Origin: Trueperaceae bacterium
GTDB lineage: Bacteria; Deinococcota; Deinococci; Deinococcales; Trueperaceae
Length of the DNA stretch: 64,000 nucleotides
Reading direction: 5' to 3'
Assembly: GCA_965213705.1 (NCBI GenBank)
Contig: OZ243913.1
Span: forward strand, 224,001-288,000
A program made the translations under genes and the position numbers. Below are positions 10,447 through 19,911 of this stretch, piece by piece. Positions within the stretch are counted from its first letter, which is position 1. The number at the start of each line of letters is the position of its first letter. The notes beneath the pieces are model-generated. The model made no database searches. It was not told the DNA's origin and saw only the letters and a program-made list of their open reading frames with translations.

Positions 10447-11640
10447 GTGCAGGCCCTCCTAGTCGCCAACGGCCCCGGCGAACTCTACGCCTGGGCGCAG
10501 CCCGTGTTGCGTACCCTCCGGCGGCTCCGGCCCGAGCTTGAAATAGCCGTCGTCATCGCCCCCGACCAGTTCTCGAGCGGGGCCGAGGCCGCCACGGCGC
10601 GCGGTTTCGGCGCGGACGTGGTGGTGCCGCCGAGCGCGTTCGTCAAGTTTTTGGCGACAGGCCGAACGCCCGCAGGTTTGGGGGGCGAACGCGGCTTCGT
10701 GCTGAGCTTGGGCGGCAACTTGAGAATGGCGCTGAGACTCGCTCGGGCCCTGAAGTATTCCGCTTACCGCTACGGCTTCGTCCCAACATGGGACAAGCGT
10801 TTGCAGCGCCTGTTCGTCCACGATGAGGCCGCAGAGCGCAAGGCGCGCCGCCGCGGTGCGCCCCCGGAACGGCTCGAGCGTGTGGGCAACCTGGTGGCGG
10901 ACGCCGTGGCGGGGGCTGAGACGGCGCAGCCCGCCGGACATCCTCACGTCGTCTTGCTCACCGGCACGCGCGACGCGATGTCGGCGCTCCTCATCCCGTT
11001 TATGCTCGGGACGGCCGACCGCTTGGGGGGGGCGTTTCCGGGGGCGAGCTTCGTGTGGCCGGTAAGTCCGCTCCTCAAACCCGAAACCGTGCGCGACGGG
11101 ATTGCCGGCGTTCAAAAAGAGGTTTTGGGCGGCGTCTCGAGCCAGCGCGACGGGAACCGCGTTATCACGCCGAGCGGCGTCAGCGTCTGCCTCGTGCCCG
11201 AACACCTGCGCTACGCACACATGCGCGCGGCCGACTTTGCCCTGACCATTCCCGGCACGAATACTTTAGAGCTGGGCATTGCCGGGGTGCCAAGCCTCGT
11301 CCTGTTGCCGATGAACAAGCCCGAAGTCATTCCCCTGGAGGGCGTCGGGCAGTGGCTCGGCATAATTCCCGTCGTGGGCAAGTACGTTAAGCGCTACTCT
11401 GTCAAGCTGTTCGTGGAGGGTTTGGACGTGCCGGTATCGCTGCCGAACCGCTTCGCAGGCGAGGAGTTGATGGTGGAAATGAAGGGCAAACTCGACCCGG
11501 GGATGGTCGCGGAGCGGGCCACCGCCCTCCTGAACGACCCCCAGGACTTGCCGCGCCGCCGCGAACGGCTCGCCGCCACCATGCCGAAGCCCGGCGCGGC
11601 GGAACGGCTGGTGACAAGTATTCTGGGAGACTTCGCGTGA
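10447..11640 (+). CDS. lpxB: Lipid A disaccharide synthase-like GT-B glycosyltransferase
   Basis: ANGPGEL N-terminus, VGNLVAD, LTIPGTNTLEL, SLPN. Directly follows lpxA but diverges from the proteobacterial type. Confidence 0.7.
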   Translation: MQALLVANGPGELYAWAQPVLRTLRRLRPELEIAVVIAPDQFSSGAEAATARGFGADVVVPPSAFVKFLATGRTPAGLGGERGFVLSLGGNLRMALRLARALKYSAYRYGFVPTWDKRLQRLFVHDEAAERKARRRGAPPERLERVGNLVADAVAGAETAQPAGHPHVVLLTGTRDAMSALLIPFMLGTADRLGGAFPGASFVWPVSPLLKPETVRDGIAGVQKEVLGGVSSQRDGNRVITPSGVSVCLVPEHLRYAHMRAADFALTIPGTNTLELGIAGVPSLVLLPMNKPEVIPLEGVGQWLGIIPVVGKYVKRYSVKLFVEGLDVPVSLPNRFAGEELMVEMKGKLDPGMVAERATALLNDPQDLPRRRERLAATMPKPGAAERLVTSILGDFA

Positions 11641-13277
11641 ACTCCTTGCTGTTTCCGCGCAGCCCAACCGCGCTAGGGGGGATGCTGGCGGCCCTGTTCA
11701 ACGCCGCGCTGCGGGTAGCGCTCGTGCCGCTGTTCGTCACGCCGGTGTTCGACAGGGTGCTCGTAGGGCACGACCTGTCGGCCTGGCCGCGGCTGCTCGC
11801 CACGGGCGCGGGTCTGGCACTCGTTGGCGCGGGGGCGCTGTTCGCGCAAGACGCCCTCCTCGGCAGCGCCGCCGCACAGGTCACGGCAACCTGGCGGGAG
11901 CGGCTGTACACCGCGTTGTTGCAACTGCAACCCGGTAAGTTGCCCGGCACCAGCGGCGGCTTAGCGAGCCGCATCCTCACCGACCTGAAAGACGTCGAAA
12001 CGTACTACCAGTTCGGCCTCGGCACGCTTGTCGCTGAAACGCTGACCCTGGTGGGCATCTTTGCGGTGTTGTTCGTCTACAACCCTGCGGCCACGCTTGT
12101 GCTCTTGGGCCTCGGCATGCCGCTCGTGGCGGTGTTGGCGTGGCTCGGGCAAAGGCTCGAGCGCACCACCACCCATGCCCAGGAGGGCACCGAGGCGGTC
12201 GGCGCACACTTGCAAGAGGGTTTGCGTCACCACGCGGTCGTGCGCGCCTTTGCAGCGCTGCCCTTTATGACCGGGCGCTTTGAAGCGGCCAACCGGGCCA
12301 CGCGCCGGGCGAACGTGCGGCGCAGCGTGCTGGCCTCATTCCAAACGCCGCTGTCGCAGGTTTTGGTGTTCGCGGCCGTCGCGGTGCTGGTAGCGTTTTT
12401 AGCCACCAGCGCCGCGCAGGACCGGATGACGACCGGCGAGGTTGCGGCTTACCTCGTGCTCGTGCTGTTGCTCGCCACCCCGGCGCAACTCTTGCCCAAA
12501 GGCTACGCGCTTCTGGTTCAGGCGAGCGCCGCGCGGCGCAGGTTGTACGAACTCCTCGGCACGCCGCCGACGGTGGCGAAGATATCTCTAACCAAGACGG
12601 CTTCGAGGTGGAACGGGCTCGAGCTTGACCGCGTAACCTTCGCCTATCACGAGGTTCCCGTGTTGCAGGACATCACCTTGAGGCTGCCCCCCCACGGTTT
12701 AGTCGCGCTCGTGGGTGAGTCGGGCAGCGGCAAGACGACGCTGTTGCAAATTCTGCTGGGCTTTTTGGAGCCGGATGCCGGGAGCGTCTACCTAAATGGA
12801 GAGGTCCTCGCCACCCTACCCGAAGCCGAACTGCGCGCGCGCGTCGGCTATGTCCCGCAGACGACCGACCTGCTGCGCGGCAGCGTGCGCGACAACCTCT
12901 TGCTAGGCCGTGACGTTGCGGACGAGGTTTTGTGGTCGGTGCTGGAGGTAACGGGTTTAGCTGCAATGGTGCGCGGCCTCGTCGGCGAGTTGGACTATGT
13001 TTTGAAAGAAGACGGCGTCGGCCTGTCGGGCGGGCAAAAACAGCGCCTGGCGGTGGCTCGAGCGCTCCTCAGCGAACCGGACTTGTTGCTGCTGGACGAG
13101 CCGAGCGCCAACCTGGACACGGACAGCGAGCGCGCACTCGTCGCCACCTTGCAGCGCGAGGCCGAGCGGCGGCTGGTGCTGGTCGTGGCTCACCGCCCGG
13201 CCCTGGTCGCGGCGGCGAGTCGGGTGCTCGAGCTGCGCGGCGGCCGTCTGTTTGAACGCACCGGAGTCACCCTTTGA
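11637..13277 (+). CDS. MsbA-like ABC exporter (transmembrane + ATPase domains)
   Basis: Hydrophobic N-terminal domain, GESGSGKTT, LSGGQKQR, LLLDEP, AHR. GTGA overlap with the lpxB-like gene. Confidence 0.85.
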   Translation: MNSLLFPRSPTALGGMLAALFNAALRVALVPLFVTPVFDRVLVGHDLSAWPRLLATGAGLALVGAGALFAQDALLGSAAAQVTATWRERLYTALLQLQPGKLPGTSGGLASRILTDLKDVETYYQFGLGTLVAETLTLVGIFAVLFVYNPAATLVLLGLGMPLVAVLAWLGQRLERTTTHAQEGTEAVGAHLQEGLRHHAVVRAFAALPFMTGRFEAANRATRRANVRRSVLASFQTPLSQVLVFAAVAVLVAFLATSAAQDRMTTGEVAAYLVLVLLLATPAQLLPKGYALLVQASAARRRLYELLGTPPTVAKISLTKTASRWNGLELDRVTFAYHEVPVLQDITLRLPPHGLVALVGESGSGKTTLLQILLGFLEPDAGSVYLNGEVLATLPEAELRARVGYVPQTTDLLRGSVRDNLLLGRDVADEVLWSVLEVTGLAAMVRGLVGELDYVLKEDGVGLSGGQKQRLAVARALLSEPDLLLLDEPSANLDTDSERALVATLQREAERRLVLVVAHRPALVAAASRVLELRGGRLFERTGVTL

Positions 13278-14032
13278 CTTACAATCTTTCTGTTTACGAC
13301 CACCCCGACCTCTACGACGCCCAGTACGCCCACTACCGCGAGGACCTGCCGTTTTACACGCGCACGGCTGAGGACTACGGCGGTCCGGTCTTGGAACTCG
13401 GGGCCGGCACCGGGCGCGTCACCGCGGCGCTGGTGCGCGCCGGTCACGAAGTTGTCGCCGTGGACTCTTCCAGCGCGATGCTCGAGCGGGCCGCGACGCG
13501 GTTGAGAGAGGCGGACTTGCTCGAGCGTGTGACCCTCGTTCAGGCCGACATGCGGAGTTTAAAACTCGGGCAGCACTTTCCCCTCGTCCTCGCGCCGTTC
13601 AACACCCTCATGCACCTGTACACCGTGCCCGACCAAGACGCGGCGCTCTCAGCGGTGCGGCGGCACCTGGCCCCGGGTGGCGCGTTCGCCCTCGACCTTT
13701 ACAACGTTTTCGAGCCGAACCTGGGCGTTATGGGTGTCGTGCGACAGGAAGCCGAATGGCGCGGGGTCGGCGGCGCGAACGCCGAGCTGTTTTTGGTGCA
13801 GCACCACGACCGGGACGAGCAAGTTTTGGAGTCTCGCTATTACCTTGATACGGTGGGCGAGGACGGCGGCTTGACGCGGCGGACGGCCCTGTTGAAGCAG
13901 CGTTATTACACGCGCTTCGAACTCGAGCACGCCCTCTCGCGGGCCGGGTTTACACAGCTACAGGTTTACGGAGGTTTCGACAAACGCCGCTACAGCCACG
14001 ACGCGTCGCATCTCGTCGTGGTTGCAAGGTAA
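13274..14032 (+). CDS. Class I SAM-dependent methyltransferase
   Basis: VLELGAGTGR, VDSS, QADMR. TTGA overlap with the ABC gene. Confidence 0.88.
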   Translation: MTYNLSVYDHPDLYDAQYAHYREDLPFYTRTAEDYGGPVLELGAGTGRVTAALVRAGHEVVAVDSSSAMLERAATRLREADLLERVTLVQADMRSLKLGQHFPLVLAPFNTLMHLYTVPDQDAALSAVRRHLAPGGAFALDLYNVFEPNLGVMGVVRQEAEWRGVGGANAELFLVQHHDRDEQVLESRYYLDTVGEDGGLTRRTALLKQRYYTRFELEHALSRAGFTQLQVYGGFDKRRYSHDASHLVVVAR

Positions 14033-14310
14033 CTCGCTCAGGCTTTGGCTCTACGCTTGTCTTGACGGATGTCTTGGCGGCGCGCAACGCGTTCGTCCTC
14101 GAGCGCACGCGCCTCGTGCTTGGTTATGCCGTGATTTTTTGCGTCGTAGTTGACGTAAGCCGCGTCGTCGGCGAAGTAACTGCAGCGACACACAAACTCG
14201 TCCTCGAGCAAGCGCAAAGAATTTGGTTTCAGGGCCATGTAAAAGTATACAAACATTTGTGGCCGCTGTGGTGAGAGGGTCCGAAAACGAACGGCGGCTC
14301 ACCTGCGTTC

Positions 14311-14396
14311 GTCATTCCGAGCGCTAGCGAAAGAATCTCCCGGCAGTATGGTAAAAGCGAGATTCTTTCACTTCGCTTTGCTACGTTCAGAATGAC
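14311..14396. repeat. REP/RPE-like intergenic palindromic element
   Basis: GTCATTC...AAAGAATCTC...GAGATTCTTT...GAATGAC nested inverted repeats. Confidence 0.7.
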
Positions 14397-14530
14397 AGAA
14401 GGATGTTCAGCGCCATCTTCTCTTCAGTATCACTTCAAAAGGGGCCGGAGCACAATAGCTCGAGTCCGAAACTTGCTTTATCCGTTGCGGCGCATATATT
14501 ATCAGGCTTTGCCGCCGCGAAAGGGTAAAC

Positions 14531-15478
14531 ATGGACTTGACCGTTGTCGAAAGCCTCAAAGGAAGAGATTTTCTGTCGCTCGCCGACCTTACGCCTGACG
14601 AGTTCGGCGGGTTGTTAGAAAGCGCGCTCCAACTCAAACGAGCTTGGAAAGAAGGGGAACGGCCCGCGCCGCTGCGCCACAAAACCCTCGCCATGATTTT
14701 CGAAAAGCAGTCGTTGCGCACCCGCTCGACCTTCGACATCGCCATGTACCAGCTCGGCGGGCACTCGGTGTTGCTCAGTCAGAACTACATCGGTTGGGGC
14801 GTGCGCGAGACGATTAAAGACGTGGCGCACAATTTGGAGCGCTGGGTCGAGGGCATCATGGCGCGCACCTATGGGCACAAAACGCTGCTAGAACTCGCAG
14901 AGCACGCCGACGTGCCCGTCATCAACGGGCTGTCCGACCTGCTCCACCCGTGCCAACTCACGGCGGACTACTTAACCATGAAAGAGACGTTTGGCGAGCT
15001 GGCAGGTCTCAAGATTGTATTCGTCGGCGACGGCAACAACGTCGCCAACTCGCACGTCAACGCGGCTGCCCTGAGCGGCGCGCACCTCACCGTTGCTTGC
15101 CCGGAAGACTTCGACCCGGACGCGGGCGTGCTGGCGGCGGCTCGAGCCGCAGGCGCGCACGTCGACATCGACCGCGACCCGCGCGCGGCCGCCGCGGGCG
15201 CGGACGTTCTCTACACCGACGTGTGGATTTCGATGGGCCAGGAAGAGGACACCGAGCGCCGCCGCGAGGCGTTTGCGGGTTATACCGTCACGCCCGAGTG
15301 GTTCGAAGATTTATCCCCCCGCGGTGTCTTCATGCACGACCTGCCCGCCCACTACGGCGAGGAATGTACCGAAGCGGCCGTCTACCACGAACGCTCCCGC
15401 GTCTTCGACCAGGCCGAGAACCGGCTCCACGCGCACAAGGGCATTCTGTTTCAACTTTTGGGCGACGGGGTACATTAG
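14531..15478 (+). CDS. argF: Ornithine carbamoyltransferase
   Basis: FEKQSLRTR, NGLSDLLHPCQ, GDGNNV, YTDVWISMG, HDLP, FDQAENR. Sits in an arg operon. Confidence 0.95.
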   Translation: MDLTVVESLKGRDFLSLADLTPDEFGGLLESALQLKRAWKEGERPAPLRHKTLAMIFEKQSLRTRSTFDIAMYQLGGHSVLLSQNYIGWGVRETIKDVAHNLERWVEGIMARTYGHKTLLELAEHADVPVINGLSDLLHPCQLTADYLTMKETFGELAGLKIVFVGDGNNVANSHVNAAALSGAHLTVACPEDFDPDAGVLAAARAAGAHVDIDRDPRAAAAGADVLYTDVWISMGQEEDTERRREAFAGYTVTPEWFEDLSPRGVFMHDLPAHYGEECTEAAVYHERSRVFDQAENRLHAHKGILFQLLGDGVH

Positions 15479-15482
15479 AGGC

Positions 15483-16547
15483 ATGGCGCTTCTCCGTGTC
15501 GGCATTTTGGGCGCAAGCGGCTACGGCGGGGCCGAACTCGTCCGCCGGTTGCTGAACCATCCGCAAGTGGAGGTGACGGCGCTGGGCTCGAGACAGTACC
15601 TCGGCCAGTGCGTCGAGAGCGCCTGGCCGCAACTTGTCGGGCGTTTGGAACACCTCACGTTTCAGGACAATGACGAGGTTATTGAGAACTGTGACGTGGT
15701 GTTTTGCGCTACCCCGCACGGCGCGACCGCGCCACTCGTAAAACAGGCGCTCGACGCAGGCAAAGAGGTCATCGACCTGTCGGCGGATTTTCGTTTGCCT
15801 ATGGCCGTGTACGAGGAATGGTACGGCCCGCACCCGCACCCGGAGCTGTACGAACTGGCCCGGTACGGACTCGTCGAACTGCACCGGGACGAGCTTGCAG
15901 ACGCAGCACTCGTGGCGGTGCCGGGCTGCAACTCGAGCGCCGCCATCTTAGCTCTAGCGCCTCTCGCCGCTGCCGGGCTGCTCGGGCCGGACGTCGTCGC
16001 CAACGTCATCACGGGCGTGTCGGGGGCGGGGCGCGCCCCCGCACTCGGTTTTCACTTTGCCGAAGCGAACGAAAACACCAAACCCTACAAGGTGGCAGGC
16101 ACGCACCGGCACACCGCCGAAATCGAACTTACGCTGGGGCGTTTGCAACAGCGGGGCAAACGCCTTACAACCCACCGCGAAGCTCAAACTCACACGGTCA
16201 GTTTCAACCCGCACCTCGTCCCGATGACGCGCGGTATTTTGGCGACGTGTTATACCAAACCCCAGCACGCGCCGAGCGAGGAGGCGTTGCTCGAGCTGTA
16301 CCACAGTTTCTACGAGGAGGAACCGCTAGTGAGTTTTCAAGAGGACCTGCCGCAAACCAAAGCCGTCTACGGCAGTGACCGCACCGTGGTGAGCGCGCGC
16401 GTCGACAAGCGGAGCGGACACGTCGTCGCCTTCGCGGCGCTCGACAACTTGGGCAAGGGCGCGGCGGGGGGCGCGGTTCAGGGGTTCAACGTCGTTCACG
16501 GTTTTGAAGAAACGCAAGGCCTCGTCCTGAACGGAACATGGCCGTGA
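15483..16547 (+). CDS. argC: N-acetyl-gamma-glutamyl-phosphate reductase
   Basis: GASGYGG, ATPHG, IDLSADFR, VPGC, GVSGAGR, HRHTAEI, DNLGKGAAG. Confidence 0.96.
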   Translation: MALLRVGILGASGYGGAELVRRLLNHPQVEVTALGSRQYLGQCVESAWPQLVGRLEHLTFQDNDEVIENCDVVFCATPHGATAPLVKQALDAGKEVIDLSADFRLPMAVYEEWYGPHPHPELYELARYGLVELHRDELADAALVAVPGCNSSAAILALAPLAAAGLLGPDVVANVITGVSGAGRAPALGFHFAEANENTKPYKVAGTHRHTAEIELTLGRLQQRGKRLTTHREAQTHTVSFNPHLVPMTRGILATCYTKPQHAPSEEALLELYHSFYEEEPLVSFQEDLPQTKAVYGSDRTVVSARVDKRSGHVVAFAALDNLGKGAAGGAVQGFNVVHGFEETQGLVLNGTWP

Positions 16548-17692
16548 AGCTGCCGCAAGGCTTTCAAGCTGCGGGCGTCACGGCGGGCCTGAAAGCTTCG
16601 GGCAAGCCCGATTTGGGCGTGATTGTCTCCCAAACGCCGCTCGTGTGGGCGTTCACGTCTACCGAGAACCGGCTCAGGGCGGCGTGCGTCTCGCGCAACC
16701 GGGCGCGCTACAGCAGCGACCGGCTCGTTCACGGCGTCGTCGTCAACAGCGGCAACGCCAACTGCGCCACGGGCGAAGCGGGCATTTGGGACAACGAGGA
16801 CTTTGCCGCCATGAGCGCCGGCAGCCTCTCTCTCGGCCGGGCGCAAGACCTGCTCACGGCCAGCACCGGGGTGGTGGGTCAGCGCTTGCCGGTGGACATC
16901 CTCAAAAAAGCCCTGCCGAGCCTACGCTCGGCACTCACCGACACCTCGGACGGTTTTGCGCAGGCGATTTTGACGACCGACTTGGTGACCAAACAGGTCG
17001 AGGTCGAACTGCCCCGCGGGGGCCGCATCGTCGGCGTCGCCAAGGGGTCGGGCATGATTCACCCGAACATGGCGACGATGCTCGGGTTCGTGATGACCGA
17101 CGCGGTCGTTTCACAAGCCGACTTGCGTGCGTTTTGGCCGGACATCGTGCGGCGCAGTTTCAACCAAACTACGGTAGACGGCGACACCTCGCCCAACGAC
17201 ATGGCAGTCGTTTTTTCCAGCCGCCAAGTGACGGTGCCGCCCGAGGCGTTGTTCGAAGGCCTGGGTCAAACCGCTACCCAACTGGCCAAGATGATTGCCC
17301 GCGACGGCGAAGGCGCGACCAAACTTTTGAACGTCCGCGTTACGGGGGCGCGCAACGACGAAGAAGCCAGAAAAGCCGCTCGAGCCGTCGCGAGAAGCCC
17401 GCTGGTGAAGTCGGCCGTCCACGGCAACGACCCTAACTGGGGCCGCGTCTTGACCGCCATCGGTTATTCGGGGGCCATCATGAACGCGGCCGGGGTCCAG
17501 ATTTGCCTGCAAGGCTTCAGCGTTTACCGGGGCGAGCCTTTGGCGTTCGACAAGTGGACCATGTCGGAAGCGATGAAGTCCGAAGAGGTGTTGATAGAGG
17601 CCGACCTTGCCGCCGGCGAGGGCAGCGGCGAGGCTTACGGCTGCGACCTGTCGGCGGAGTACGTGCGCATCAACGCGGACTACACGACGTAG
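16538..17692 (+). CDS. argJ: Bifunctional ornithine acetyltransferase/N-acetylglutamate synthase
   Basis: NSGNANCATG, KGSGMIHPNMATML, DGDTSPND, RDGEGATK, DPNWGR, YVRINADY. Confidence 0.96.
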   Translation: MAVKLPQGFQAAGVTAGLKASGKPDLGVIVSQTPLVWAFTSTENRLRAACVSRNRARYSSDRLVHGVVVNSGNANCATGEAGIWDNEDFAAMSAGSLSLGRAQDLLTASTGVVGQRLPVDILKKALPSLRSALTDTSDGFAQAILTTDLVTKQVEVELPRGGRIVGVAKGSGMIHPNMATMLGFVMTDAVVSQADLRAFWPDIVRRSFNQTTVDGDTSPNDMAVVFSSRQVTVPPEALFEGLGQTATQLAKMIARDGEGATKLLNVRVTGARNDEEARKAARAVARSPLVKSAVHGNDPNWGRVLTAIGYSGAIMNAAGVQICLQGFSVYRGEPLAFDKWTMSEAMKSEEVLIEADLAAGEGSGEAYGCDLSAEYVRINADYTT

Positions 17693-17756
17693 AAAAAACG
17701 GAGGCAAGAAACATCAGCCAAAACAGAAACACCGGTTCAGGCGGCGGTAGGCCATT

Positions 17757-18101
17757 TTAGGAAAGTTGTAAAGCTGCTCGGATGCCCGCCTCCACTACCG
17801 CCAACGCGTGAGGCGACAAGGCTCCCAGGTGCTCGGTCAGCTTGGCACGGTCAAGCGTTGTGATTTGATGGCACGCGACGCTCGCTTGGGCGAGACCGGC
17901 TTCTCCTGCGGGGACGGGCACGGCGGTGGGTCCGCGCTGTCTTTGCGCTGCGGAGGTGGATAGTGGCACCACGATGACGGAACGCCAGGTCGGTGTCTCG
18001 TTGAAGGCGTCGTGAGAGAGAACGATGACGGGACGCCGCCCACGCTGCTCCGAACCGGAACGGGGCTGCAAATCAGCCCAGTAAACGTCGCCGCGCTTCA
18101 A
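17757..18101 (-). CDS. PemK/MazF-family toxin
   Basis: KRGDVYWADL, GSEQRGRRPVIVLS, IVVPLST, CHQITTLD. Confidence 0.9.
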   Translation of the reverse strand: MKRGDVYWADLQPRSGSEQRGRRPVIVLSHDAFNETPTWRSVIVVPLSTSAAQRQRGPTAVPVPAGEAGLAQASVACHQITTLDRAKLTEHLGALSPHALAVVEAGIRAALQLS

Positions 18102-18337
18102 ACGGCGTCGTCCAGTACCTCGAGCGCGGCTGCTTCCAAGTCTTTGTCGAGGTCCAGGCTCGTTCCGGCAGTGGTCGCGGCATAGGTCATAATTTGGCGG
18201 TGCAGTTCGACCTCGCGCTCGAGCGCCGGATAGGACGCGGCGCGGCGCTCGAGCAAAAAGCTGGCAAAGTCGTACACCTGCGCTTGCAGTTCAGGTGGTA
18301 AGCGGTCGATCAGCGCGTGAAGCCCAGACGTAGTCAT
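18098..18337 (-). CDS. Antitoxin with DUF2281-like N-domain, coupled to MazF
   Basis: LPPELQAQVYDFASFLL. TTGA overlap with the toxin. TACAAT box 6 nt before the ATG. Confidence 0.75.
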   Translation of the reverse strand: MTTSGLHALIDRLPPELQAQVYDFASFLLERRAASYPALEREVELHRQIMTYAATTAGTSLDLDKDLEAAALEVLDDAV

Positions 18338-18411
18338 ACGTCTATTGTAGAGCACGCAGCAAACAAACCCAATGCGTGCTGCGCACTTTATGTCTTTCCT
18401 CTTTTCCCTTT

Positions 18412-19803
18412 TTACTTCCGCCTGTTCGCAATATGTATCGCCATCCCGTGCGCCGCCTCGGCCGCTTCCATAAAACTCTCGGCGATGGTCGGGTGGGCGT
18501 GCTGGGTCAGCGAGATGTCCTCCAGCGTCGCGCCCATCTCAATCGCGAGGGCGGCCTCGGCGACCATGTCCCCGGCGCTCGGGCCGACCATGTGGAAGCC
18601 CAAAAGCAGGTCGGTCTCCTCGTCGCCGATGACCTTGACGAGTCCTTCGTTCGTGCCGAGGGTCGTCGCACGGCCCGAGGCGCTCAGCGGGAACTTGCCG
18701 ACGCGGATTTTGTGGCCCGCTTCCTTAGCTTCTTCCTCGGTCATGCCGACCGAGGCGAGTTCGGGACTTGTATAAATCACGCTCGGGACGATGGTGTCAT
18801 AGGCCGAGGGCTTGCCCGCCGCGTGTTCGGCGGCGACGAGGCCTTCTTTCATCGCCTTGTGCGCCAGCAGCGGCGGACGCGCCACGTCGCCGATGGTGTA
18901 GATGTGGTCCAGGTTCGTCTGCATGTGGTCGTTGGCAGGCGGGACGTAACCGCGGCCGTCGACCTCGACACCGATGTCTTCTAGGCCCAAACCCTTGCCC
19001 CTCGGGCGGCGACCGACCGCGACGAGAAGTTTGTCCACGGTGACCGTTTCTTGCTTGCCGTCTTTGTCCTCCAAGACGACCTCGATGCCCTTTTTAGTTT
19101 TCTTCTGGCTCACGGCCTTGGTGCCCGTTTTGATGGTGATGCCGCGTTTTTCAAACGACTTGTGCAGCTCTCTGGCCGCGTCCGGGTCGCTGGCCGGGAC
19201 GATGCGGTCCAGCAACTCGACCACGGTCGTCTCACTGCCGAGCGCGTTGTAGATGTCGCAGAACTCCAAACCGATGGCGCTGCCGCCGATTGCCATAAAG
19301 CGCTTCGGCACCTCGCTCATGACGAGCGCGCCCGTGCTGCTGACGATTGCCTCGCCGTCGGTCTCGAAACCGGGAATTTCAATCGGCTCCGAGCCGACCG
19401 CGACGATGAACTTTTCCGCGGTGTAACTTTTGTCGCCCACCTTGATGGTGTTTTTGTCGGTGAAAACAGCTTCGCCCTCGAGCAGGTCCACCTTGTTGCC
19501 CTTGAAAAGCATCTTCACGCCGCCCGTCATCTTGGCGACGACGCCGCTTTTCCATTTTTCGACCTGTTTGATGTCCACCTTGGGCTCGCCAAAGTCAATT
19601 CCGTACTCCTTGGCGTGTTTCGCCCCGCGCAGGTCTTCGGCGACGTGGAGCAGGGCCTTGGTGGGGATGCAACCGACGTTCAGGCACACCCCGCCGACAT
19701 ACTCTCGTTCGACACAGGCCGTTTTCAACCCGAGCTGGGCGGCGCGGATGGCCGCGTGGTAGCCGCCCGGCCCCGAGCCCACGACAATCAAGTCATAGTC
19801 CAT
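18412..19803 (-). CDS. lpdA: Dihydrolipoyl dehydrogenase
   Basis: GSGPGGY, GGVCLNVGCIP, LAHKA, HAHPTIAE. GGAGG RBS before ATG 19803. Confidence 0.96.
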   Translation of the reverse strand: MDYDLIVVGSGPGGYHAAIRAAQLGLKTACVEREYVGGVCLNVGCIPTKALLHVAEDLRGAKHAKEYGIDFGEPKVDIKQVEKWKSGVVAKMTGGVKMLFKGNKVDLLEGEAVFTDKNTIKVGDKSYTAEKFIVAVGSEPIEIPGFETDGEAIVSSTGALVMSEVPKRFMAIGGSAIGLEFCDIYNALGSETTVVELLDRIVPASDPDAARELHKSFEKRGITIKTGTKAVSQKKTKKGIEVVLEDKDGKQETVTVDKLLVAVGRRPRGKGLGLEDIGVEVDGRGYVPPANDHMQTNLDHIYTIGDVARPPLLAHKAMKEGLVAAEHAAGKPSAYDTIVPSVIYTSPELASVGMTEEEAKEAGHKIRVGKFPLSASGRATTLGTNEGLVKVIGDEETDLLLGFHMVGPSAGDMVAEAALAIEMGATLEDISLTQHAHPTIAESFMEAAEAAHGMAIHIANRRK

Positions 19804-19911
19804 GACGTTCCTCCATACCCCCAGTTTAACCCGCAGGGTCTGCGGCCGAGGAGCGCGCAACACGCAATGCCGCGGCTACCGCGAAGACGCTCAAGTCACG
19901 AAAATGGGTTC

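Noticed and set aside
14038..14256. 72-aa minus-strand ORF next to the palindromic element, considered as a GIY-YIG nuclease remnant
   Set aside because: No GIY/YIG or conserved Arg/Glu motifs are recognisable, so coding status is unsupported.
15093..15482. Apparent N-terminal extensions of argC (also 48725, 54222, 9557, 33356 for other genes)
   Set aside because: They overlap upstream genes in another frame; family homology begins at the later starts used.
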